Of a DNA stretch of 46,527 nucleotides, positions 25,999 through 34,562 are shown one piece after another. The stretch covers positions 1 to 46,527 of the forward strand of contig JBAYHM010000001.1 in assembly GCA_041666155.1 (NCBI GenBank). Direction: 5' to 3'. Positions within the stretch are counted from its first letter, which is position 1, and every line of letters begins with the position of its first letter. A program made the translations under genes and the position numbers. The notes under the pieces were generated by a model, which saw only the letters and a list, made by a program, of their open reading frames with translations, had not been told where the DNA came from and did no database searches. This DNA comes from Treponemataceae bacterium (GTDB taxonomy: Bacteria; Spirochaetota; Spirochaetia; Treponematales; Breznakiellaceae).

Positions 25999-26008
25999 AA
26001 AAATAGAG

Positions 26009-26107
26009 TACACCCGATCGGGTATATTCTCAATGTTAAAAGTAAAGCTTATACCCGAAGAGGTATAATTATTCATATTCACGCTGAAGTATACCCGATA
26101 CGATATA
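26009..26107 (-). promoter_or_regulatory. Three 18-bp palindromic operators (TAYACC-N6-GGTATA) upstream of hipB
   Basis: Site 1, 26009-26026, is tacacccgatcgggtata. Site 2, 26050-26067, is tatacccgaagaggtata. Site 3, 26090-26107, is tatacccgatacgatata. Site starts are 41 and 40 bp apart. Confidence 0.7.
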
Positions 26108-26210
26108 ATAGCAAGATGGCTGGACTTATTCGGGCTCATCAAACGCGACTTCGCGCGTCTTCCGATGATCTTGGCAATGACGCGTTATCGCGCGACCATC
26201 GACTTGAGAT

Positions 26211-27374
26211 TCATTCGATTCCCCTTATGCGTGCGATTTCCGGCAGGATCCATCCGAGTACGGTTGCGGATCCCCTGTCATTGAGCTTCGAGACGAAAGA
26301 GCGGAACGACTCGAACGTCTTCCTCGACTCCTCGGCGCTATCCAGAATCGAGGGCACCAAGTTCAGCCAGGATAGCTTGAGACAGTACAGCAGCTGTGTC
26401 TCGAACGAGCCGGGCGCGTCCTCGGGCCGGAGCGAGATGAAATACGTGTGGGCTTGAGCGCAGGCCGAAATGCTCACGGCGAGACTTCCGGAGGCGCTGT
26501 TGATCACCATATGGAAATGCTTCAAGGCTGAAGACACGACATCGGCATTCAGCGGGCAGGCGAGCAGCGCGCCGCGGCATCGCTCGGCGAGTCCCCGGTA
26601 CCCAAGCTCATCCAGAATGCCGCCCGCGCTCCGCAGGAACCGGGAAAGCCCCGAAGCGAAACGATCCAGGTCCTTGAGCCTGGCGGAACCGAACTCCCTG
26701 TTAAGCTCCCTCCGTTTCAGGTTTATGAACAAATCCAGCGTCTCGTCGGATACGCCGATCATCCGGATCGTATCCTCCCGGGAAGGGGCACGGGCAAGTA
26801 AGGTCTGGGCGATGAAGAAATCGACATCGGATTTCACGGCGCCTTTCAGGGACTCCTGGTAGATCCGGAAGGACGCCGCCGACTCCTCAAACGGAATCCC
26901 CGCGTCAAGCCTTCGCCTGACCAGAAGAAGCACCTGCAAGTCCGATTCGGCGAACCGCTGCTTTTTTCCCGAGACGTCCGGCTTCACGACCTCCGCCGCC
27001 ACGAGGTCTTCGATCTGCCCCTTGGAAAGACGGGCCATCTTTGATGCCTCGGATAAGGAATACGTCTGGCCCGTCGATCGGACATCGGCCTTATGAATAG
27101 CGTCCAACAGAGCTATCTCCGTTGGATCCGTCTCCGAGACGGCGAGCATGTGCTTGATCACGGACAACGGGTAGTAGTGATCTTTCTGCAGGGATTTGAT
27201 CAACTGAACCCGCGCGACGCAATCCCTATGGTAATACGCCATATTGGGGCTGGTCTTGCTCGCGGGCAGGACCAGCCCCTCCTTGACGTAAAATTTTATC
27301 GTCGACACTTTCGTGTCCGTGGCCTTCGCCAGTTCGCTGATCTTCATCAAGGCGTCGGTTGCTTCGTCTATCAT
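26211..27374 (-). CDS. MerR-family transcriptional regulator with a long (~300 aa) uncharacterised C-terminal domain
   Basis: 387 aa with the N-terminal MerR HTH MKISELAKATDTKVSTIKFYVKEGLV...YYHRDCVARVQLIKSLQ. The rest is unrecognised. It is the last gene of the transketolase operon string. Confidence 0.75.
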   Translation of the reverse strand: MIDEATDALMKISELAKATDTKVSTIKFYVKEGLVLPASKTSPNMAYYHRDCVARVQLIKSLQKDHYYPLSVIKHMLAVSETDPTEIALLDAIHKADVRSTGQTYSLSEASKMARLSKGQIEDLVAAEVVKPDVSGKKQRFAESDLQVLLLVRRRLDAGIPFEESAASFRIYQESLKGAVKSDVDFFIAQTLLARAPSREDTIRMIGVSDETLDLFINLKRRELNREFGSARLKDLDRFASGLSRFLRSAGGILDELGYRGLAERCRGALLACPLNADVVSSALKHFHMVINSASGSLAVSISACAQAHTYFISLRPEDAPGSFETQLLYCLKLSWLNLVPSILDSAEESRKTFESFRSFVSKLNDRGSATVLGWILPEIARIRGIE

Positions 27375-27380
27375 GTAGGC

Positions 27381-28589
27381 CTAGCAGTCTAGCACTATTT
27401 TTATCACGTCGGGAGGGTTTTCAAGGGCCAGCTTCATCGCTTTCTTGTAATCGTCCAGCTTGAAGTGGTGCGTGACGAAGCCTTCGGTGGAATAGACTCC
27501 GTCCCGAATCCACTCCTGCGCCAGGTCGAACGTATAGAGCTTCCGACCCTTCCATTCCTCTATCCCGTGAGCGTCGATGCCGATCAGCTTGATCTCGTGC
27601 CACCAAATCGGACTTTCATCGAAGGTGATGGCGTTCATGTGGTGGCCGACCTTCACCAAAGTGCCGCGGGGCCTGAGCAGGCGCAGGGCGGTAGTGTTCG
27701 ACCAATTGCCGCCTATGCAGTCGTACACGCGGTCGAAGCCGCCGAAGAACATCTTGTTCTTGTTCATGCCCGTGAATACGCGGCTTCCCCCCGTCGCGTC
27801 CGAAGCCGCCTGATAGGGGTCCCCCTGCAGGACATGGTCCGCTCCCAGCTTGCGCGCGAACTCCTGCTTCGACTTGACCCGCTCCATGATCCAGATCTCG
27901 CACCCCGGTTCTACTATCTTGAGCGCCTGGACGATTCCCAGCCCGATGGTACCGCAGCCCATGATCAGGACTTTCTCGCCCTTGTCGGGAGGCGCCATGA
28001 GAACCGCGTGGATGGAGACGCAGGTGGGCTCCACCATGACCGCCTGTTCGTCGGACAGCTCGTCGTAAATCTTGGCAAGCTGCTGTTCGGGCGCCACGAA
28101 GGTATCGCCCCACCCCGCGCCGACGTCGGGCAGCTTATGCGGACTCGGTTCTCCGTAGTTCAGGCAGAGGTTGTAGTTTCCTTCCTCGCAGAACTTGCAG
28201 CGCGGCTTGATGTCCTTGTTGCCGCAGCCGGACATGTACTCCCGGATGGTAACACGATCCCCGACCTTGAACTTCGTCACCTTCGCGCCGATCTCTTCCA
28301 CGATACCCACATTCTCATGGCCGAGATAGGTGCGCTTGGAAGAGGGAATAGGCTCGAACGCGGAATTAGTACCGGTGGTCGCCTTGAAGAAGCTCATGTC
28401 GGTTCCGCAGAGCCCGCACACGACATTCCTGACGCGAAGCCAGTTCTCGGCGGGCAACGGCGGGTCCTGTAAGCGCTTATTGTATTTCACGGCGTTGAGA
28501 CCCGTGAACAGCAAAGGCTTGCAATACTTAGCGGCGAATTTCGTGAGCAATATGCGCGGAATGTCTTTCTCGAAATAAATCGTTTTCAT
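27381..28589 (-). CDS. Zinc-dependent medium-chain dehydrogenase/reductase (MDR, alcohol/polyol dehydrogenase-like)
   Basis: It has CGLCGTD, GHENVGIVEEIG, a structural-Zn Cys cluster (C..C..C) and the Rossmann motif IMGCGTIGLG. Start set at ATG 28589 (MKTIYFEK), just after the upstream stop; the track's 36-aa extension overlaps that gene. Confidence 0.85.
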   Translation of the reverse strand: MKTIYFEKDIPRILLTKFAAKYCKPLLFTGLNAVKYNKRLQDPPLPAENWLRVRNVVCGLCGTDMSFFKATTGTNSAFEPIPSSKRTYLGHENVGIVEEIGAKVTKFKVGDRVTIREYMSGCGNKDIKPRCKFCEEGNYNLCLNYGEPSPHKLPDVGAGWGDTFVAPEQQLAKIYDELSDEQAVMVEPTCVSIHAVLMAPPDKGEKVLIMGCGTIGLGIVQALKIVEPGCEIWIMERVKSKQEFARKLGADHVLQGDPYQAASDATGGSRVFTGMNKNKMFFGGFDRVYDCIGGNWSNTTALRLLRPRGTLVKVGHHMNAITFDESPIWWHEIKLIGIDAHGIEEWKGRKLYTFDLAQEWIRDGVYSTEGFVTHHFKLDDYKKAMKLALENPPDVIKIVLDC

Positions 28590-28605
28590 TCGATGTCCTC
28601 TCCCG

Positions 28606-29400
28606 CTAGGTAAGCATTCCTTGCAAAATCGACATGTAGTTGTTGAGGTAGCAGGCGTACTCGGGGCTTCCGATCGTTTCGACATAGCCTTTTTCAACGC
28701 CTTTCACGAATTCAACGTCCTTGAGAAGGACGGCCATGGCGCCGTCAACGCTGCGGAAACGGAAATGCACGAACGGTGTCCTCCGCGTATACACGCCGTG
28801 GCCGGACTTCGAATTGCCTGCCTTTATCCGCAGGAAGCAAGCGATGAATGCCGCGTCCCCATCGTTTTCAACGGTGAACTGGTATATGCGGTCAGGCTGA
28901 CGCTGACAGAACTCCCGCATTTCCGGGTCTCCCAACTTGTTGTACTGGGAGAGCGCGCGAGTGATCATGTACAGACTCATCTTTACCTTGAGCGCCTTCC
29001 CCGCCGCGTCCTTGGGGCGTTTGGAGGGCGACATGATCATGAGTCCCATGAGCAGCATCAGGACCTTGGTCAGAAGTCCGAAATTACGCAAACCGCCCCG
29101 TATCGACGGCAGCGCCACCCCTCCGCGCAGCAGCGCGTTCATCTTGTCCACGCTGGAGAAGGTCAACGTGAGGTCCGGATTGCTCGCGGGCCCCTGGACA
29201 ACCGTCACCGTACCGCGGTCGAAAACGAGGTGGCAAGCGAGCAAGTCGCCGCCGTTCTTCGCCCCGAATTGCGCGACGGCGGAAGTGTCCTTGAATTTCT
29301 CTTTCAACTTGGGATCGTCATCCAGGAGGACCTGCATGACGGGAAACGCCGCGTTGAAGAACAATTCGGCGGTCATGATTCCCTGTGCTGTTGCGGTCAT
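28606..29400 (-). CDS. Hypothetical protein with an SCP2-like N-terminal domain
   Basis: 264 aa. The first ~105 aa (AVAQFGAKNGGDLLACHLVFDRGTVTVVQGPASNPDLTLTFSSVDKMNALLRGG) resemble SCP2 sterol-carrier/lipid-binding domains. The rest is unrecognised. Confidence 0.4.
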   Translation of the reverse strand: MTATAQGIMTAELFFNAAFPVMQVLLDDDPKLKEKFKDTSAVAQFGAKNGGDLLACHLVFDRGTVTVVQGPASNPDLTLTFSSVDKMNALLRGGVALPSIRGGLRNFGLLTKVLMLLMGLMIMSPSKRPKDAAGKALKVKMSLYMITRALSQYNKLGDPEMREFCQRQPDRIYQFTVENDGDAAFIACFLRIKAGNSKSGHGVYTRRTPFVHFRFRSVDGAMAVLLKDVEFVKGVEKGYVETIGSPEYACYLNNYMSILQGMLT

Positions 29401-29411
29401 GAAGATCCCCC

Positions 29412-30425
29412 TTATTCGTCATCCCAGTTTTCGTCTTCCTCGAATTCCATGCCGAGCATGCCGCGCACTTGTTCGACGATGCCGTTCGCGTCAAGTTTGT
29501 AATGCGCGTATAGGTCCTCGGCGTATCCGATCATAGCGAACTCGTCGTTGATCCCGTGTTTCTTGAACACGCAGCCCTTCCCGCTCTCCGCGATCACCGA
29601 ACCCACGGCGTCGCCGAGTCCCCCGATCACGTTGTGCTCCTCGACCGTCAATATGCGCCGGGTATCCTTGACCGCCTTCATGATCGCTTCCCGGTCGATC
29701 GGCTTGATCGTATGCATGTTGATCACGCGCACGGAGATCTTGTCCTGTTCGGCGAGCGTCTTCGCTGCCTGCAGCGACTGGAGCACGGCGATCCCGCAAC
29801 AGATGATGGTGAGATCGGTGCCCTCCTTCATGGTGATGGCCTTTCCGATCTCAAATTCATACTTGTCGTTTTCGTAACAGGGAGGCTCGAAGCCGCGCCC
29901 GATCCGCACGTAGACCGGTCCCGGGGTATCGACGCAGGCCTGCACTACCTTCGATGTTTCGATGCCGTCCGCCGGGCAAATAACGGTCATGTTCGCGATG
30001 GACCGCATGACCGCGAAGTCCTCAGTGCAGTGGTGCGTGGTTCCCGCGTGGCCGAAGGAGATGCCGGCATGTGTCGCGATGATCTTGACCGGAAGATTCT
30101 GGTAGGCGATATCGGTCCTGACCTGTTCGCCGGCCCTGAAGCAGGCGAATACCGCCATGGTTGAGGCGAAGGGGATCAGCCCGGCCTTCGCCAGTCCGGC
30201 CGCGATTCCGAACATGTTCTGCTCCGCGATTCCCACGTTAAAAAAGCGATCGGGAAACGCGTTCGCAAAATGGACGATCGCGGTGGTTTTCGCCAGATCC
30301 GCCGTGACTCCGACGACTTTCTTATTTGTTTTCCCGAGCTCCGCGAGCGTCTTCCCGTAGATTTCCCGGGCGGTCATGGTAGCGGCATCGTATGCGTTCC
30401 AATTGGTTCCCGTAATGACAGCCAT
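29412..30425 (-). CDS. Transketolase, C-terminal (pyrimidine-binding + C-terminal domain) subunit
   Basis: MAVITGTNWNAYDAATMTAREIYG...ADLAKTT...FNVGIAEQNMFGIAAGLA...HAGISFGHAGTTHH. Start at ATG 30425 with GGGGGAG upstream. The track's 81-aa N-terminal extension is Arg-rich junk overlapping the upstream gene. Confidence 0.9.
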   Translation of the reverse strand: MAVITGTNWNAYDAATMTAREIYGKTLAELGKTNKKVVGVTADLAKTTAIVHFANAFPDRFFNVGIAEQNMFGIAAGLAKAGLIPFASTMAVFACFRAGEQVRTDIAYQNLPVKIIATHAGISFGHAGTTHHCTEDFAVMRSIANMTVICPADGIETSKVVQACVDTPGPVYVRIGRGFEPPCYENDKYEFEIGKAITMKEGTDLTIICCGIAVLQSLQAAKTLAEQDKISVRVINMHTIKPIDREAIMKAVKDTRRILTVEEHNVIGGLGDAVGSVIAESGKGCVFKKHGINDEFAMIGYAEDLYAHYKLDANGIVEQVRGMLGMEFEEDENWDDE

Positions 30426-30439
30426 CTTATTTCTCCCCC

Positions 30440-31270
30440 TTAGCCTTTCATAATGGAAGCTTTGGCTTTCTCGCATACGGCGGAGTCGCCGGAAGCGTAG
30501 TGGTACACGACGTTGTTTTCCATGAAATCGATGCCCTTGCCTTTTACGGTATTGGCTAGGATCATGACCGGCTTGCCGCTCGCGTTCCACGCCTTCCCGA
30601 AGGCGGCGTCCAGCTGATCCATGTCGTGACCGTCGATCTCGATCACATCGAACCCGAAGGCCCGCCACTTGTCCGCGAACGGCTCAAGGGACATGATGTC
30701 TTCGGTGAATCCGTCGATCATGAGCCTGTTCCTATCCACGACGGTGATGACGTTCGTCAATTTGAAATGGGCGATCGACATAGCCGCTTCCCAGACGCTG
30801 CCCTCGCAGCATTCCCCGTCGCCAAGAAGACAGACCGTCTTATAGCTCTTTCCCAGATAACGGGCGCCCAGCGCAAGACCGGCGGCCATCGACAGACCGT
30901 GTCCGAGAGAGCCCGTGGAGACGTCGCAGCCGAGAACTTTATTGGAGTCGGGATGCATGGCGAAGGGGCTGCCGAAATGGTTGAACGACTTCAACTCTTC
31001 TTCGGGAAAGAAGTTCTTCTTGGCGAGAACGGGGATATAGCCCGCGGCGATGTGCCCCTTGGAAAGCACGAACCGATCGCGGTCCTCCCATTTCGGGTTT
31101 TTGGGATCAACCTTCAGATATTTGAAATACAGAATCGTAAGTATATCGGCGGCACTCAACGAACCGCCGATATGGGCACCGCCGGACCAGACCATGACGT
31201 CCACGATCGTAAGCCGCAGGTCGCGCGCCGTATCCAGGAGCATCTGCTTCTCATTGGCTGCAAGCGACAT
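30440..31270 (-). CDS. Transketolase, N-terminal (TPP-binding) subunit
   Basis: 276 aa with GGHIGGSLSAADIL, KGH, GSLGHGLSMAAGLA and LLGDGECCEGSVWEA. Confidence 0.9.
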   Translation of the reverse strand: MSLAANEKQMLLDTARDLRLTIVDVMVWSGGAHIGGSLSAADILTILYFKYLKVDPKNPKWEDRDRFVLSKGHIAAGYIPVLAKKNFFPEEELKSFNHFGSPFAMHPDSNKVLGCDVSTGSLGHGLSMAAGLALGARYLGKSYKTVCLLGDGECCEGSVWEAAMSIAHFKLTNVITVVDRNRLMIDGFTEDIMSLEPFADKWRAFGFDVIEIDGHDMDQLDAAFGKAWNASGKPVMILANTVKGKGIDFMENNVVYHYASGDSAVCEKAKASIMKG

Positions 31271-31332
31271 TTTTTCCCCCTTTCACTCAATCTACTCTAT
31301 CATAGTAAGTAGATAGTTCTACTATCCACTTT

Positions 31333-31362
31333 AGTGTAAGAGCGGGAATCAACATCTGTCAA
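31333..31362 (-). promoter_or_regulatory. Candidate sigma70-type promoter of the split-transketolase operon
   Basis: The minus strand reads TTGACA (31362-31357), an 18-nt spacer, then TACACT (31338-31333). Downstream, at 31288-31330, TAGTA/CTACT-rich imperfect palindromes could be an operator. Confidence 0.35.
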
Positions 31363-31572
31363 GGAAAAAGGCATTGGGGGAAAATTCAGTGTCGATAAGA
31401 TTCTTCGAATGATTAAAGAGGCTCATTCACCAAACATATTCCATTTGCTTAACCGGCAAGCCTATCCTGCGAAGCGGGATAGGCGTGGTTTGTGAGCAAG
31501 CAAGCGAAGCGAGCAGCACAAACCAAGCCCAAAGGCACTGTCCGGTTGGAGCAATTGTTCAGTGACTTTAAC

Positions 31573-32127
31573 TCAATATTTAACTTTCATACCGCTTATA
31601 TCAATTATATAATCAACATTTCCAAAGTGCTCATGAATAAAACTTATTCCTAAAAGGGCCGCTCCCGCACCAAAAAAACTTGATGCAAGTATTAAATAAG
31701 CATTATCACTTCTTGGCATACTTGCAATTGAAGTTAACGCCAAACCACCAAACCCAACACACAAAAAACTAAGGTCCCTTTCAATAGCAACCCAAGGTAC
31801 TGACGATGTATTAATATCCTTTATATCGAATTTTAGCTGAGTCACTCCATTAAACTCACTACCTTTAATTAATGAGTTAATATCATTTTTCACATCAATA
31901 TTCCCTTCCTTTGCTTTCATCGGTAAGGAATAGTTTTTAGTGAACATAAAGGCCTCTGATTTCTGAAAACTATTTTCCGTAACCACATTTCCGTTTGCGT
32001 ATAGCTGCTTAGTTGCCGAAATAGGTATATCCGTATCTATCGGTGCAAACGATATTCTTTGATCAACTGAAGCACACGATAGAAATACTATTGGAATTAA
32101 AACAAAGGACATTATCTTTTTAATCAT
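31573..32127 (-). CDS. Low-GC lipoprotein with C-terminal hydrophobic segments, unknown function
   Basis: 184 aa. It has the lipobox MIKKIMSFVLIPIVFLSC and two C-terminal hydrophobic stretches (LSFLCVGFGGLALTSIA, AYLILASSFFGAGAALLGISFI). Its ATG overlaps the upstream stop (ATGA). Composition is about one-third G+C by hand count of sample lines. Confidence 0.65.
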   Translation of the reverse strand: MIKKIMSFVLIPIVFLSCASVDQRISFAPIDTDIPISATKQLYANGNVVTENSFQKSEAFMFTKNYSLPMKAKEGNIDVKNDINSLIKGSEFNGVTQLKFDIKDINTSSVPWVAIERDLSFLCVGFGGLALTSIASMPRSDNAYLILASSFFGAGAALLGISFIHEHFGNVDYIIDISGMKVKY

Positions 32128-32546
32128 TTTTCTTCTCCAATCGGTGTTTTGATATCAAGCGCGGTTTGATAACGTATCTTATCAATACTACCAACGATAA
32201 ATATAAAGTTCCTTGATACGGATAAATCAATCTTATCAGCCATCATCCATTTTGGATCTTGGATAAATAGTTTATTTAACTGCTTATTCAGTGGCTCACC
32301 TTCATTATTATCATTTGCTATTGTTGCATTTGGCTGATTCTTATTTCCTGCTATTGAAATAACATTCTTTGTATAGGCACTAATCAAACTAAAAGTCTTA
32401 GTCTTCACTTCAGTTTTCTGGGTGTTAAGCATGACCGGAATTGTGTTGTTACTCAAATCAAAACTAATCTGATTTGATGGAAATGTTGCACACCCTATAA
32501 AAAACGAACAAAGAACAAACAATAAAGCAAGCGATTTAATTTTCAT
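32124..32546 (-). CDS. Low-GC small lipoprotein, unknown function
   Basis: MKIKSLALLFVLCSFFIGCATFPSNQISF... has a lipobox (FIGC). GGAGGT lies 4 nt upstream of the ATG at 32546, so I prefer this start to the track start at 32558. Asn/Lys/Ile-rich. Confidence 0.65.
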   Translation of the reverse strand: MKIKSLALLFVLCSFFIGCATFPSNQISFDLSNNTIPVMLNTQKTEVKTKTFSLISAYTKNVISIAGNKNQPNATIANDNNEGEPLNKQLNKLFIQDPKWMMADKIDLSVSRNFIFIVGSIDKIRYQTALDIKTPIGEEK

Positions 32547-32790
32547 GATTACCTCCATTTAGATTAATTCTTAAAATTAGTCATTATCTACAATTTTTGT
32601 TATTAATAACCTCCTTTGGCCCGAAGGGTCCACCGAACAATGTTTACATCCGAATTGTACCTACAGTAATTCATTGTTTCAATCTCTTCTTAAAAAATAG
32701 TGTACTGGATTTCGCCCGCGCCGGCAGTATCACCATCAGGCCTGATCACATGGCTTTCATATAGGAACTATCATTCTGCGTTGCGGCATG

Positions 32791-33636
32791 CTATTCGTTT
32801 TCGGGCTTGTACTTATTCCACCGGAATACCGCTTCCGGCGCGTGCGGAATTTTTCGGTTGCCGCCCGGCGCGGAAAAGGAGAATGAAAATCGATCAGCCT
32901 TTCTCCAGGTCCAACCGAAAGACCAGTTGTCGCATACTCCGGAGCGGCAGATGACCTTGCCCTCATGCCGTACTTCTATGCCGAAATAAAGGAGGTTTCC
33001 CTTTTTTCCGGAGAGGTCCACCACTCGCTCGCTTTCTATTCCGCTCTTCGCGGACCAGGCGAGGACCTCAACATCGGGACAAATTCCTTTCTCGTCAAAA
33101 AGGCCGGACACGATCACTGAATCGAAGCGCCGTATTACGGCTTCGTCGATGACGTCGTCGTCCCATTCATCCACGAACGCGGTACCGCACATGAGCGCCC
33201 CCGAATCAGGCAGGACCAGAGACGGCTTGAACCGCAGATCGGCCAACGCATAGAGACTTTCATCATAGAGAAGCTGGCCGAAAAACTCGTGGACAAGGAC
33301 GTCCACCTGAACGTCGGGCTTAAAATCCCGGATATCGCCCTTTATCACTTCCACGTTCGGATAGGGGGAAAGCCGAGCCTTCGCAAGCTTGAATAATTCC
33401 GGGTTCAGCTCGACCGCGTAAACCTTCTTGGCGCCCAACTTAGCCAGTTCCTCGCTCATGATTCCCAAGCCGCACCCGGCCTCCACGCAGATCGCCCCCC
33501 GAATCGCTTTCTTGCACGAGCGCAGCAGGCGCAGATAGGCGCGTTCACGAACCTTGTCCTCATAAATGGAAAGGAAAGCCAAAAATGAGTCGATCTCGAA
33601 AAAACGTTTGGGGCTGACTTTGTTAAGAACGTCCAT
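32791..33636 (-). CDS. Class I SAM-dependent methyltransferase with protein arginine methyltransferase (PRMT)-like core
   Basis: 281 aa. It has the SAM motif I VEAGCGLGIMSEELAKLGAKKVYAVE. Its double-E-loop-like segment HEFFGQLLYDE has the same E-x8-E spacing as SEWMGYCLFYE of PRMT1. LPDSG follows, as in PRMTs. No clear SD precedes the ATG. Confidence 0.6.
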   Translation of the reverse strand: MDVLNKVSPKRFFEIDSFLAFLSIYEDKVRERAYLRLLRSCKKAIRGAICVEAGCGLGIMSEELAKLGAKKVYAVELNPELFKLAKARLSPYPNVEVIKGDIRDFKPDVQVDVLVHEFFGQLLYDESLYALADLRFKPSLVLPDSGALMCGTAFVDEWDDDVIDEAVIRRFDSVIVSGLFDEKGICPDVEVLAWSAKSGIESERVVDLSGKKGNLLYFGIEVRHEGKVICRSGVCDNWSFGWTWRKADRFSFSFSAPGGNRKIPHAPEAVFRWNKYKPENE

Positions 33637-33725
33637 AGGAGGCTACAATAGCATAAAGGGCGATAGAAAGCCGCAGTTTGATGAAACGCGAAACTGGATT
33701 CCACCCCATAAGGAGATTTCCCGAA

Positions 33726-34472
33726 ATGGACATTCCACGGATATTCAACATCACCGAAAGTGCGCACCGCATCCATAACCCGTTCACACCCGAAAAGCTC
33801 GCCACGCTCGGCGCTGCGCTGCGGCTGGAAACGGGGACCCGAGTGCTCGACCTCGGCAGCGGCTCGGGGGAGATGCTGTGCACCTGGGCACGCGATTACG
33901 GAGTCATCGGCACCGGCATCGACATGAGCCGGTTGTTCACCGAACAAGCGAAACTCCGTGCGGAAGAACTCGGCGTTGCCCATCAAGTCAAGTTCATCCA
34001 TGGCGATGCTTCCGGCTATGTCTCGGACGAGAGGGCCGATGTGGCAGCCTGTGTCGGTGCCACTTGGATCGCCGGGGGAGTCGCCGGCACTATCGAGCTT
34101 CTGGCGCGGAGCCTCCGCGCCGGGGGGATCATCCTCATCGGCGAGCCCTATTGGCGGCAATTACCGCCGACGGAAGATGTTGCCAAGGGGTGTCTTGCCC
34201 TCTCAAGCTCCGACTTTCTCACGCTTCCGGAACTGCTCGCGTCTTTCCGCCGCCTTGGCTGCGACGTCGTGGAAATGGTTTTGGCAGACCAAGACGGCTG
34301 GGACAGATACGAGGCGGCCAAATGGCTCACCATGCGCCGATGGCTTGAAGCCAATCCCGACGACGAGGCAGCAAAAGAGGTTCGAGCCAAACTGACCTCG
34401 GAACCCGAGCGCTACGCCGCTTACACACGTGAATACCTGGGCTGGGGCGTGTTCGCGCTGATGCCGCGGTAA
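33726..34472 (+). CDS. Class I SAM-dependent methyltransferase
   Basis: MDIPRIFNITES...VLDLGSGSGEMLCTWARDYG..GTGIDMS...GGIILIGEPYW. AAGGAG lies ~10 nt upstream of the ATG at 33726, so I prefer it over the track start at 33678. Confidence 0.75.
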   Translation: MDIPRIFNITESAHRIHNPFTPEKLATLGAALRLETGTRVLDLGSGSGEMLCTWARDYGVIGTGIDMSRLFTEQAKLRAEELGVAHQVKFIHGDASGYVSDERADVAACVGATWIAGGVAGTIELLARSLRAGGIILIGEPYWRQLPPTEDVAKGCLALSSSDFLTLPELLASFRRLGCDVVEMVLADQDGWDRYEAAKWLTMRRWLEANPDDEAAKEVRAKLTSEPERYAAYTREYLGWGVFALMPR

Positions 34473-34532
34473 TGCGTTGGCGCATCCGGCGGCGGCCAGC
34501 CGAGATGTGGATCAGCGCGCCGGGCTTACAAA

Positions 34533-34558
34533 GGGGCCTCTGGTGACTTGATAACCTG
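34533..34558 (+). repeat. Possible degenerate direct copy of the tRNA 3' end at a GC-to-AT composition junction
   Basis: ggggcctctggtgacttgataacctgg compared with the tRNA-gene plus strand gggcccaccaggacttgaacctgg. The core gacttga(ta)acctgg matches 13 positions with a 2-nt insertion; the flank match is poor. Confidence 0.25.
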
Positions 34559-34562
34559 GTAA

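Noticed and set aside
28590-28697. 5' extensions of track ORFs: the dehydrogenase (to 28697), the transketolase C subunit (to 30668), hipB (to 26142), hipS (to 25835) and the XRE gene (to 15202).
   Set aside because: The extensions overlap the preceding gene or the operator array and have junk-like sequence. Internal ATGs give proper RBS or coupling geometry and family-typical N-termini.
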